Shown here piece after piece: positions 46,531-57,949 of a stretch of DNA of 64,000 nucleotides (positions within the stretch are counted from its first letter, which is position 1; each line of letters opens with the position of its first letter). Under the pieces are notes generated by a model. The model was given only the letters and a program-made list of their open reading frames with translations. It searched no databases and was not told the DNA's origin. This DNA comes from Azolla caroliniana (lineage: Eukaryota; Plantae; Polypodiophyta), in assembly GCA_043228905.1 (NCBI GenBank), contig JBHGNT010000018.1, forward strand, positions 10,230,001 to 10,294,000, written 5' to 3'. A program made the position numbers and the translations under genes.

Positions 46531-48934
46531 CTGATATCCTCAACACCTGGCCCCACGTCATGTATGGGGTTCGTATCCATGTTCGAGTCTTCAGTAATGA
46601 TGTTTTCACCATCCATATTGTTGGATTTGGGGCATCTAGCACCCTTTCTTACAAAAACCCTAAACCATCATTCAAGTTAGCATACAAACATCACTATTTA
46701 TACACAATATATACTTGGGAAATGATTCAGGACATACCTCCCTTCATAGGGTATTGTTTCACCTCAATCCGCATCAAAGTCTATGAAGGTCTTGGACCGA
46801 CTAGCCATCTGTACAAAACACATGCCATCTTCAAAAGAGAAGAATTGACCTCGATTAAACCTAAGAATGGGTTGCATGATGTGGATGTGCTTGAGAATGG
46901 GTTTATGGTTTTAAACTTGAAGACAATTACATCTTTTCATGATAAATCAAATTGTACTGAAAGGAAGATAAAAGGTCAAAGATGCAATTGCAATGAAACC
47001 GGTTCAGTACCAGTTAATGCTCGACTAAATTTAGAAGCTATTCAAACAGGACAGAATGGGGTCATGCTTGTAGATGCATTTAGTAAGTTAAGTTATAGCC
47101 AAAAAGGTAAATGATTCAGTGAATTTTGATCTATACATATTCCTTACGGTCAATGTTTTGTGACTTGTCTTGGTAATCTGTTTATAGGGGGTGAATAAGG
47201 TGAATTTGATCAGGAGGAACCAAATAGCCAGCCAAGAACTTCACAATCTTCAGTATTTTCTTCTTCTTTGAATGCATCATCATCGGCTCTAGTTTTCTAT
47301 TCCACTACTCACAGAGTTGTTGCTCAGTTTTCTTCTTGCCATAGCTCAACTTCCTCTATATTTTCTAATGTGGAAACAACTTGTACCTTTCAGAAAGATG
47401 AATTTACGAAGGGAATAACTTTTGGAAGTCTTCAATTGCAATGAAATTCAGAAATTCGCAACCATTAGGGTTTCTGATTTTTGGATTACTGATCAGAAAC
47501 TACGACTGTCTGATATGTTGTTACCAAGATGTTGCATCTACATGTGTCTGTATCTGTATCCTTATCAATATCCGTGTTTGTATATGTATATGTGCATCTA
47601 AATGATGGGCATAAGCATTTCACTTCTATGAGATTGTCTGCAATTACAATACACACTTTCCATATCTATGTTTTCATGAAAGAACAAAGAACAGACACAA
47701 ACAATTTCATGAGTGTTTCTAGGTGAACCTCATCTCCTTTTTCGACAATCTTAAATCAATACATATGTACAACTTGCACATGTTGTTAGTCACATGAAAA
47801 TGCAAAAAGGATGGAAAGCATCCACGTAGTGGTCATCATAAAGTAGCAAATGTATATCTACACAGGATAACATATCTTTAGTTACAATTAAAGAGAAAAT
47901 GGAGGGGAAGTATCCATATGCATGGTGATCATAAAACAATATATGTATATATACACACAATCTGCATATATTTTAAATTACATTGAAAGGCAAAAAAGAT
48001 CGATTGTATCCACTTGCATGGTTACTTTGTCTTTGTTAGTTGGGTTCAAGGCTAGTTATCGAAATTCAGAAACTTGTTAACAGAAATAGAGAATGAATCA
48101 AGATATACTTTTCCCCACCTTTTCTATATCTTGACTTGCCTAGCCATAACTATATGAGACTACAAGAAGGGTGTGATGATATTTATGCCTGATTCAATTT
48201 CTTTGGCTAGGTAAAATTCCAACTAAAATATGTTTATTATCATTTGTAAAGCTAGTTCATGATCTCGTTGTAATGATATATAATTTTTTACACATTTTAA
48301 CAACAAAAAGAAAAAGCCAGTGTTTCAGATCGTTTCCTTAACCCATATTTAATTATGCCCATGAATATTGAACACATGGCTTCAAAATGGAAGAAATAGT
48401 GCATACCCTTCATCAAAAAGAGCACAAAAAGTGTGCATCAAGCCAAAAACAATGCAAATCATTATTTCCATCATAATAGACCCCAAAACTTGTAGGATAT
48501 TTAACAGACTAACACTCAGGTTCTCTCATCATTTTTCAAAACTGAGAGAGATATTGGAGAGGAAACTCCAATTTTTGGGCCTATACAGTTAGGGCCTATC
48601 CAATTTTATGCGTCAAAATTTTGAGCTTTCACAAATTGAACACACAAATATTAAGCAATTCATAAATAGACAAGAAATATGATACATACCTCTGGACAGC
48701 AGGTAAGCAGGTGCTCACGGACAGTAGGATAGCAGGTGGTGCGCCTCGCTCCTAAACCCTAAAGCCTAAACCTTTGTCTACTGGTTTGTAAACAGGCAAA
48801 AATGACAGGTATGGGTTATTATAGTCAATCCCATTCATATAGTCAGGTTCCCTTTCACAGAGTCGGGCTCCTTCTTTAATGAGACGGGCTCCCCTAAATT
48901 TGGATTTTTGATGGCACGCTTTTTCGCGCCTTTT

Positions 48935-49047
48935 CTTCATCCAGATTGGACGGTGCAGATCGCACGCACCCTCATCTAGTGACCTGCACCGTCCCTCTCC
49001 GCGATTCCCTCACTTGCCCTCATAAATATTTGGTGGTAGTTAGACAC
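48935..49047 (-). repeat. Right TIR of the MULE
   Basis: Reverse complement of 28989-29097. Confidence 0.88.
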
Positions 49048-49109
49048 CACGGTTTGTGTGTGTGTGTTCAATTTACATAATTTATGTCCATACATACATA
49101 CATACATGT

Positions 49110-49133
49110 CCCCCCCCCCCCCCCCCCCCCCCC
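49110..49133. repeat. Poly(C) tract (~24 nt)
   Basis: Direct reading. Confidence 0.9.
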
Positions 49134-50234
49134 TCCACAAGATTATATACTTATGTTGAGCTCCACGAAGGTGAGACGACATACAAACATGGGTAGGATT
49201 TGGGTGTGCTACCCTCAAAGCATTCACAGTCGATGACGATGCATCACATACTCATGGATTGAGTCCAATCTGCCCACAACAACTTATCACTTCTAAATAC
49301 CTTCTTCTAGTCAACAGGGTGGTTGTGTTCCTATGGGTCGAGTCATCCATACAATGTATTTGATAGATTTGGGGATACATTCCGAGGATGTAGTGATCAC
49401 GACCAAGCTTATTGAATTAAGGGATAAAGTGAATTAGATTTGCATTTGTGCCAACAAAAGGCAACAATACCTTAATGAAGACAGGAAATTGATTGAGCAA
49501 ATCTCTCCGACCATGTTAAACATGGTAGTGTTGAGAGTATGATAACAAAGTGGCAAAGGTATTGTTGATTTGTTGATGGAGGAAAGACTGGTGAATGAAG
49601 TTGGAGAATTCGCAAATCCCAAGCTCCAACTGAAATAGAAGTTAAGCCCTTGTTGAAATTATAGACAATGTGAAACTACCTCCAAAGTAAGGCTTTGTCT
49701 ATGTTGAAATACTACTCTATAATATAACGATACATAAATCTAAGGGAGTTTTGAACTTTCCAGTTCTCCTGTAATAAGATATTTGACTATCACTATATAT
49801 TTTTTGTAGAGAATCGATCGGCCACAACCGGTTCACACATATGTCTATGCGGGTGCAAAGATCAAGATGACAAGAAAACAGACAACAAAAAACTCAAGTA
49901 TAGAGACACAAGGTTTTAACATGGAAAACCCGAAAAGGGAAAAACCACGGGAATCCACAAACCCCAAGAAACAAATCACTATAATGAGAGGAATACGAGG
50001 AGATTCGCAGGCATCGACCTCGAGGTCGTCTTCGTCTAATAGATGGCGGCAGAGTTACAACTCTCACCCTCTCCCTCTCACTTGGTTTCAGTGGCAACAA
50101 CCAATTGTAATTGTGTTCAACAACTATACAGCAATGATCATCCAAAATAATGATTTCCCTAGGTGTATTTATACTAATACAACATTCAGGGCTATTTACA
50201 AATATAGACCACAACGGCACATTAACTCTATTTA

Positions 50235-50995
50235 TGACAGGAACTACACGCTCCCAATGAACAACGCTTGGCCATAACTGAGTCTAAAATCAAACACAGA
50301 AAACGGGTAATGAACGCACGATACAAAGGTGAGACAAGAGTGCACAAGATGTTTAACGTGGAAAAGCTTGAGAGGGAAAAACCACAGGAGTCCATCGACT
50401 CCAAACTATCACTATATCACAATGATTACAACAGTGAGTTCACGGAGGCAACAACCTCGTGCTCACGATCTTCGCCACAGGCGGCAGTTACAACAGAGGC
50501 AACGACCTCTTCCTCTCTCTCTCCCTCTCTCCCTCTCTCTCTCTACACTGTTACACGCTCTCTACTCTTGCACCAACAAGAATGACAAAAAAAAGACCTA
50601 CTAAGTTTGCCCTAAGTCATATTTATACTAATATGACTTTTCAGCTATTTACAAATATAGCCCCGATGGACTCTCAAAAACATATTTACGAATATGTCCC
50701 TTCATCCGGTGAGCACTTCTCACCGGGCCTGCATCATCCGGCTCTTGTCGAGCACTTGTCATCCGGTTCTCACCAGGTCTTCACCATCCAGCTCTTGCCG
50801 GGTACTTCTCATTCGGTTCTCACCGGGTCTTCACCATCCGGCTCTAGCCGGGTACTCGTCATTCGGTTCTCACCGGGTCTTCACCATCCGGCTCTTGCCG
50901 GGTACTCGTCATCCGGTTCTCACCGAGTCTTCCGTTGCCGGGTACATCAGTACTGTTCTTCTCACTTCCCATCCGGAGGGACCTGTTTCCTAACA
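50235..50995 (-). repeat. Copia solo LTR nested in the LTR of F, with a 50-bp U3 tandem repeat
   Basis: TG...CA, perfect TSD ATTTA; about 5 copies of CATCCGGCTCTTGCCGGGTACTCGTCATCCGGTTCTCACCGGGTCTTCAC at 50700-50945. Confidence 0.9.
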
Positions 50996-51254
50996 ATTTA
51001 TAGATATAACCCCGAGTCGGCTTCGACCGATTCAGCTATTAGCCGAATCGATTCGGATTCGATTTTCGGCCAGGACCGAATCAAACAATCGGTTTGATTT
51101 TTCGGCCTCATCTAAGTTGCTGTCAACCGATTAGGTTCTCCCTTTTCTTCGACTCGTGCTCCTCTTCCCATCCGGAGGGACCTGTTTCCTAACAAACTCC
51201 CTCTTCACTCCGGCATGGAGTATTTCACCAATTCGACTCTTTGTCGGTACACGC

Positions 51255-52045
51255 TGTCGTGAAGAATTTCGGCCAGAGGCGGAAACCGGAAAACATTGGC
51301 TACATCGGCGGGGTGCAGCATGTGTGCTCACCCTTGTACATTTAGTGTGAATAATGAGGGCGCCTTTATGGCGCCGAAGAGTAGTCAAGTCGGGACAGAA
51401 GATCCCATGTAAGTCGGGATTTATCCCACATTGTAACGCATCCCTCTCCTTTTTCTATAAAAGGAAGGGAGCGCCCTTTGTGAAAGGGTTGCCTATTTTT
51501 GTGTTAGAGGGTATACCGTTAGGTTTAGAGTTAGTTTTCCTTTTCTTCTTCTTCTTCTTCTTCTTCTTCTTCTTCTTCGTGGGGAGGTCGACTGTTGAGG
51601 GTTGTTTCTGCTCGGTCTCCTGTGCAAGACCCCGCTCTGCGTGACGAGCCCGAGAGCTCCCCGGACGGCGGCTTGGCAGCAGACTGCTGTTGTAACCTAC
51701 CCTACCGTGGCCCGGCTCGAAGCCGGGAATGTATTCTCCTCCCTTTGTAATATACATACAAGTATCCGTCTGTGCATACTCAAGTCTCTGTGTGTGTGGG
51801 TGTTTTGGTGTTCCCTTCCCTGCGTTGCCCGTACATAACGGCGTGAGTTGGGTCGGCGGTGTGTGTGTGTGTGTGTGAGTCGGCGTCAAGGGCGCGCTCC
51901 CTCTTTTTCTCCCTCTCTTTCTCTCCCTCTCTCGTTTGGTTGCTTTCGGAATGCGTCCGGAATCATCTTCTCGGCTTCCCTTCTTTCCTCGTCTGAGACC
52001 CTTGTGGTCCCGCCCTTCTACACGCACGCGCGTAACAACGCGACA
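51255..52045 (+). repeat. Gypsy solo LTR of the element A family
   Basis: TGTCG...CGACA; ends match 457-1221; interrupts the RNase H of F; TSD not clean; contains (TTC)n. Confidence 0.82.
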
Positions 52046-52227
52046 ACATTCAACCTTTCTACTAGTAGCACCTTCATCAACATATCCAATCCTATGTCAT
52101 TCGTATGGACCTTCACAAATGTAAAGTCCCTTTCTTCTACCTGCTCCCGGAGCCAATGGTATCTCCTTTGGATGTGCTTGGTCCTCGAGTGGTAGACGAC
52201 ATTCTTCGCAAGGTTGATGACACTTTG

Positions 52228-52830
52228 TGTTAGGAATATGTCACTCTTATGGGAGTAGCCGACTCGTTGAACTGAGAGCAAATAGTCGAAGATAAGGAGT
52301 AGCCGACTGGTTGGGCCGAGAGCCGACAATCGAAGATAAGGAAGAGCCAAATGAGCGGATCGAGAGTCGACAATTGAAGACAAGGGGGGAGTCGACGGTA
52401 TACCAAGTGATCCAGGTCAAAGACACAACCAATTAGTCGGGCTGACTAGATAGTCGACATAGAAGTCGAATAGTCGAATTGACAAGGCGACTAGTCATTT
52501 GATTAATTGTTACTACTATTAGTTTAATAATAGCAATGAAAGTAGTAGGGACTACATTTGTAAATATCCCATAAGGTGTATAAGTATAAATACAGTTAGG
52601 GCAAACATGGTACAGATGAACTAGTGTAGAACAAATGTGTAGAGTTCCTATAGCGAGAGAGTTACCGAGAGAAGAGAGAGAGAGCGTGAGAGAGAGCGAC
52701 GCCATAACTGTGTGAGCTTAGACGCCAAGAGCCCTGTGTGGCCGATACCCTCTGTGCAAGAGGAGTGTTATATATAGTCTCCTTTGTATTCTCCATTCTA
52801 TAGTGGATCTCTATTCCTATGGTTTTCCCC
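52228..52830 (+). repeat. Truncated copia-type LTR
   Basis: Starts TGTTAGGAA; TATAAATA..TAGGG and GGTTTTCCC motifs shared with other LTRs here; fused to a gypsy integrase. Confidence 0.6.
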
Positions 52831-55800
52831 AAATCTTTACTCTTTTCCTCGCAATGGGTACGACCAACCTTGATCCGTCTAGCTCCGCAAGGTGGTATGT
52901 GGCATTATCATTGGCACTTGTCACCACATACGGTCCGAACCATCTTCTTGCAAACTTTCTTGTTGTACTGTGTTGATTGTCAAGGCTGTTATCGTAGACC
53001 AATACCCAATCTCCTTCTTCGATCTGCTTGGGACGCAGTCGATGCGTCTTGTCGAACCGAATTTTGTTCTTCACTCGGGCTGCCACCATCATCTTTCGCG
53101 CTTTTTCTAGATCTTCAGGTCTTCTTTCAAGTTGCCTTATCCGTGCCGCTAATAACTCTTCTCGGCTCATCTCGTTCTCCCATGGTATCGCTACCCATGA
53201 GGCAATCGTCCTTTCGATGAGCATTACCGGCTTTTGTCCATACATAAGATCTGTTGGCATATACCCTGTCATCGAGCTGTGTGTCATTCTATCAACCCAC
53301 AAGTCATAAGGCAATAGTCGTGGCCAAGTCCCGACTCAACCGTTGCATGCTCGTACGATGGCTTTGACGATAGGTCCATGCCCTCGCTCAATCTTACCAT
53401 TCGCTTCTGGATTGTAGGCAGTCGTGAGGGAGAGCTTCACGCCTAGTCATTCGAAATGCTTCGTTGCTTCGTGTGCATCCAACTCCCCTCAGTCGGCAAC
53501 TATCTTTCCCACACATCCGTATTGGCAGACAACCTCTTCAAGTAGAAATTTGCAAACAGCCGACGTCGTCTTATTTGTCAAGGCCCGTCCTTCCACTTAA
53601 TTTGTCAAGTCTTCTCTTGCCAGAGCTAAGTACTTCATTTGTCCCACTCCCATTGGCATTGAGACTAAATCCACCATCCATTTGAAGTGTATGGTGAGCA
53701 GGTATGTCGGTCATAGCTCATCACGATGACGTATATTCCAATGTACTTGGCATGTTTCGCATGTGGACACGAAATGGAGTACATCTTTGTACATGCTTGG
53801 CCATTAATACTTCTCCTTCAACTTCTCGAACGTCGCCCATGTTCCTCTATGACCTGCCTAGGCACTCTCGTGGAATTCGATCATTAGCGTCACTTGCTCT
53901 TCTTTCTTCACCACCACTCGACGTGGTATTCTTGTCCTTCTTTTTGGGTGTCGCCAAAGGAATCCTCCCTTCAAGAAGTATTGGTAAGCTTTCTTCCGGA
54001 TTCGTAGGGCCTCCTCCTTCGTCAACAAAGCATCCGTCGTCGTTGTTCTTAGGAATCTGCTGATTAGTAACCACTCGTCCTCGTTGAAGGCCTGGACGGT
54101 TAACATGCCCTTGTCTTCCGCTGATAGTCGAGCCATCTTGAAGAAGTCGAGGGTGACGTCTTCATCTTCCGAAACCATGTCACCTTCATTCTCAAATCTT
54201 GCCCTCGACTGCATGTCAGCCATGGTGTTCTTCTTCCCTGCAATATGGCGAATCTCTGGGTTTAGAGACTTGATATAGGCGATCCACCTTAGCATAGCTA
54301 GATCTAGTGTCGCACATCCTGAGATCATCCCGAGGATTGGGAGACAATCTATCTCAATTATTACTTCCGACCCGATCAGGTAGTCTTTGTCTGTCTTCAC
54401 TGCCGACACAATACCCCAAAGTTCCCCCTTGACTTGGGCGTATCTTTGTTGTCGTTTGGTGAGAACCTTTGCTCCGAACTGGATGGCATACCGCGCATTA
54501 TCTTCTCCTTCTTGGTTGATGACCCACCCGATTCTGGTTGGGCTCGTATCTACAGTCACATAAATCGGCCTCCCTTCAGTATAGTCGACCTTTCTTAGTG
54601 CTGGAGCTTCAAGAAGTAGTTTCTTCAATCTTCACATCGCATTTGTGTGCTCGTCTCGCCATTCAAACTTCATTCTTTTCTTTACAATCCATATAAAGGC
54701 TCGGCGACATGAGCGTAGTGCATGTTACCCCGTACGAGATGTACGGAGATTCAAGTGTGATGAGTGAGGGTCGAATGTTATCATGATGTTGTTGTGTATG
54801 TGTAGGGGGCATAAATGTAATTGTGAGTCTATACGTATGTGAACACATGCACACGTGTGTGCATGTGGATGGATACGAGGAGGTGTGAGTGAGTATCCAG
54901 TATGAATGCTCGAGGGGGCTTACACCCCTATGTATCTACCCCCTCATGTACTATTTAACCCCTTTAATGAATGAAACATGAATGAACATTTCTCTCTTAA
55001 TCTCTCTCTCTCTCTCTCTCTCCCCTTTAACGTTGAACCCCTTGGGAGGGGGGTGGAGCCATTCTAGGCACCACCCCCCACCCCGCAATGCTTCTCTACA
55101 TGATCTCTCTCACCATCATACTCTCCATCACCATGTCTATCTTCATTACCAATCATCATAGTTATCATTCATCATCATCATCGTCCTTAACCCTAACCCT
55201 AAAACCTACAACAGTGCAGAATCCAGATGTGATAAACGCGCATGCTCCAAGGAACCTTCGAACCTCCATTTGGTTTACGCATTCTTCTTTCATATTCTTC
55301 TTCCGTTCACCTTGGATGGTGAAGGCTTCCAGCCTTATGCTCCACACAAGTGACCTACCACCAAGATCTTTGGTTGCCCGAATGCGGATTTTTCTCCCGA
55401 AAATGTCAAATTCGCATCTTCGAGCCTTTGGAGCACCTTCTCACAATCTTCCATATGATCCGCGACGAACTTTCTACACCCTTCCTTATCTTTCTCCTCA
55501 TCCGAACATCCTTTTATCGGAATATCATCCAAGAATGGCATCGTGATGTCCGGGATGCAATCCTTCAAGACCTTGTTCATGGCATTCACCATATGAGCCA
55601 CCGAGTTCGTTGCACCTTGGGGTAAGGTACACATCCGAATGAGCCCAATCGGAGTCCTCATGGTCATAATGTCACGACTGTTGATTGCCAACTGGAATTG
55701 GTCATATCTAGAGTAGAGATCGCGAATGGAGTAGATGGACTGGCCCGCAAACGCCTCGACAAATTCGTCCACGCTCGGACCGATTCCAGCATTTCAAACT

Positions 55801-56270
55801 GTCATCTTGTTGACGGGTTGAAGATCTTGGATGAATCACAATGATCCATTCTTCTTCGGCACCGTGAACCACCTATTAGAGTAAGGAGCATTCAATGGTT
55901 CCAAAATTCCCATATTCACCTTCTCCTTTAAGAGCTCGATCAGCTTTAGTAGATGTGCTCTAGGAACTAATATCGGTTTCAAATTCCAAGCCACATGCGG
56001 CACCGTGAAGATTACCATCGACTCTATCGTCCTTGGATCAACACATCCGATTTCTCGTGGGAAAAATACGAAAGCCTTCCCATGTCTCTCAAGCATGTCG
56101 CGAAACATTCGCTCCTCTTCATGGAGATGGAAATCCTCCCTTCCAACTCGTAGCTTCCCCTTCGTCTCTTCGGTGAAGACATGACCTATTGTCTTCGGAT
56201 CTCTTAAGCTTGCATCATTAGCGACTTCCTTCATCTTTTGCCAACTATCTTTCGGTAGCGGAACTGCATA
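52830..56270 (-). pseudogene. Ty3/gypsy pol remnant G (element A family) retaining RT, RNase H and integrase
   Basis: NAPYSNRWFTVPKKNGSL, TLPQGATNSVAH, FLDDIPIKG, VDTSP, RRWFGPY. Confidence 0.88.
54723..55213. repeat. Solo LTR inserted in remnant G
   Basis: TGTTA...CAACA, perfect TSD GTGCA. Confidence 0.88.
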
Positions 56271-56879
56271 CCGACATAACTTCACACTTAGTTGATCGTT
56301 TGTTATGTAGTAAAGTGCATTCAAAAGCTCTTCAAGACCTCCATCTTTTTGTACCAAGATATTAAACTTATTTTAAATAGTATCTTCACTATTATTGTTT
56401 TATATTTCGTGAGAAGAACCACACTTGATTTCGTATGTTACTCACAACTTTCACACTATCGCCGAAAATCTTCACAACACCGGTACATATACACAATATC
56501 CGGTTAATCAGTACTATCTTATCACAATCAAGACATGAATGAACATGCGTAAGATTAAAACATAAAAGTGCAGAAGGCAAGTACACAAGATAGAACAATA
56601 AAGACTTATATTACTCGTGCCTAATCCATACAATCCGAACCCCTTATATAGGTATCTGATTCTGATACAAAATGATGTTTATCTAAATTCGTACATCCTT
56701 CCGTATTCGCCACCTCATAATATCTATTCTTATTACAACGTTCCTAATTATTTTATTTTCTATAATATTTTTTCTGCTTTCACATCGCTTTCGGATTCTG
56801 GTTCTTCCTTCCTCCGATTCCGTCACAACTTCACCAGCTTGGCAATAGTGATCACCATTACTCTACTATCATCAATGTT

Positions 56880-57566
56880 GGCTTGTTGTTGTGTCGAATC
56901 GCCTCTATTTGGCATTTGATGATCAACAAATTTTGAGGTATTGAAGCCATAGTTCTGTTTGGAGGTATTGATTCTAGCTTGGTCCTTTCGTTCTTATTTC
57001 TTCCTATATTTGTTTTGATACTACTTGGTTCCAAGATCGCACTAATACCACTTGATGGTACTGTGTGTGGTGCCTTGGTGAACTTGTGCAGAAGTATGTA
57101 AGGATCTTGATATTAGGAGCAAGCAATCATGAATTATGTTAGAAGTATGGTGTATTGTTCGATCAACAAATGAGTTACACAAAGAGATGTAAGGGACAAT
57201 TACACCAATAGAGAGAGAGAGAGAGAGAGAGCGAAGACGGTTACATTCAAATCCACTAAACTTCTTTACAAGACTTAGTTCCCCATATTTATACTTAGGG
57301 TAATTAAGCCCTAACTCCCTTCAGGAGTGTTCACACTAAGAAGATACAATGGGTGGAGTAGGAGTTTTAGTCCAACACCAACCTTCCTGTGCAACCAAAT
57401 TCTTGGGAAGAAATGGCATCGGGAAATAATTGTTTGCATGCATCATCTTGGAGAAGGCCAAATAAGTTACACTGAAACTAAACTATTGTTGATATCTAAT
57501 GTTAACTCTTAGGGCCGGACAATGGCCTAACACAGGGTGTCTACAGAAGACACTTCACCAAAGGGG
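56880..57566 (-). mobile_element. Possible degraded LTR plus PBS remnant
   Basis: GCACTAATACCA at ~57039-57050 resembles a reverse iMet PBS next to TGATG; (GA)n and TATA-like motifs follow. Confidence 0.35.
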
Positions 57567-57949
57567 TGTTACGGCAAGAGGATTAGGCTCAACGATTAAT
57601 CCGACTTAATTAGGTTACTTAGCAAGGTCGTCCTTAATAATCACACACGTAAGATATAACAATGAATGCAGAATGGCAATTAACATAGAGAGATAAAAAC
57701 ACTAAGATTCATTAATTATCCACTCCCCATTACATTATATCCAGGCCTTTAAATAGGTTTCCGGTTTGTAGTACAAAACGGTGCCATCCGCACCTGTTCG
57801 GGATCGGTCCGGATCCGGAACGGCATACCGATTCCGGTCCGTCCGTCCACACTAATAGCACACTTACAACCATTCCTTAATAATTAAATAACTCCTTCGT
57901 TTCACACTCTGGACTCCTTTGTCGGCCAGTAACACATGGCACGCCCGTG

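Larger units (their letters stand above)
28989..49047 (-). mobile_element. Mutator-like (MULE) DNA transposon with Ulp1/zinc-finger cargo; ~9 kb net of nested copia elements
   Basis: ~110-bp imperfect TIRs; inverted subterminal GAGCCCGACT motifs; MULE-SWIM transposase; possible degenerate 8-9-bp TSD TGTGGCTT/CACGGTTT (all differences are transitions). Confidence 0.88.
49805..52227 (-). mobile_element. Copia element F remnant: 3' LTR 49805-51194, PPT, RNase H end
   Basis: LTR ends CCTGTTTCCTAACA followed by AACTCCCTCTT; LAKNVVYHSRTKHIQRRYHW; E-related. Confidence 0.8.

Noticed and set aside
46485-47114. 209-aa plus-strand ORF in the MULE
   Set aside because: Starts within the foldback arm, has no recognisable motif and is antisense to the inferred cargo exons
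55186-55208. Telomere-like CCCTAA repeats
   Set aside because: Only about three degenerate units within a solo LTR; a telo-box-like motif, not an interstitial telomere
56270-56880. Possible additional LTR
   Set aside because: TATA-like motif present but no confident termini or TSD
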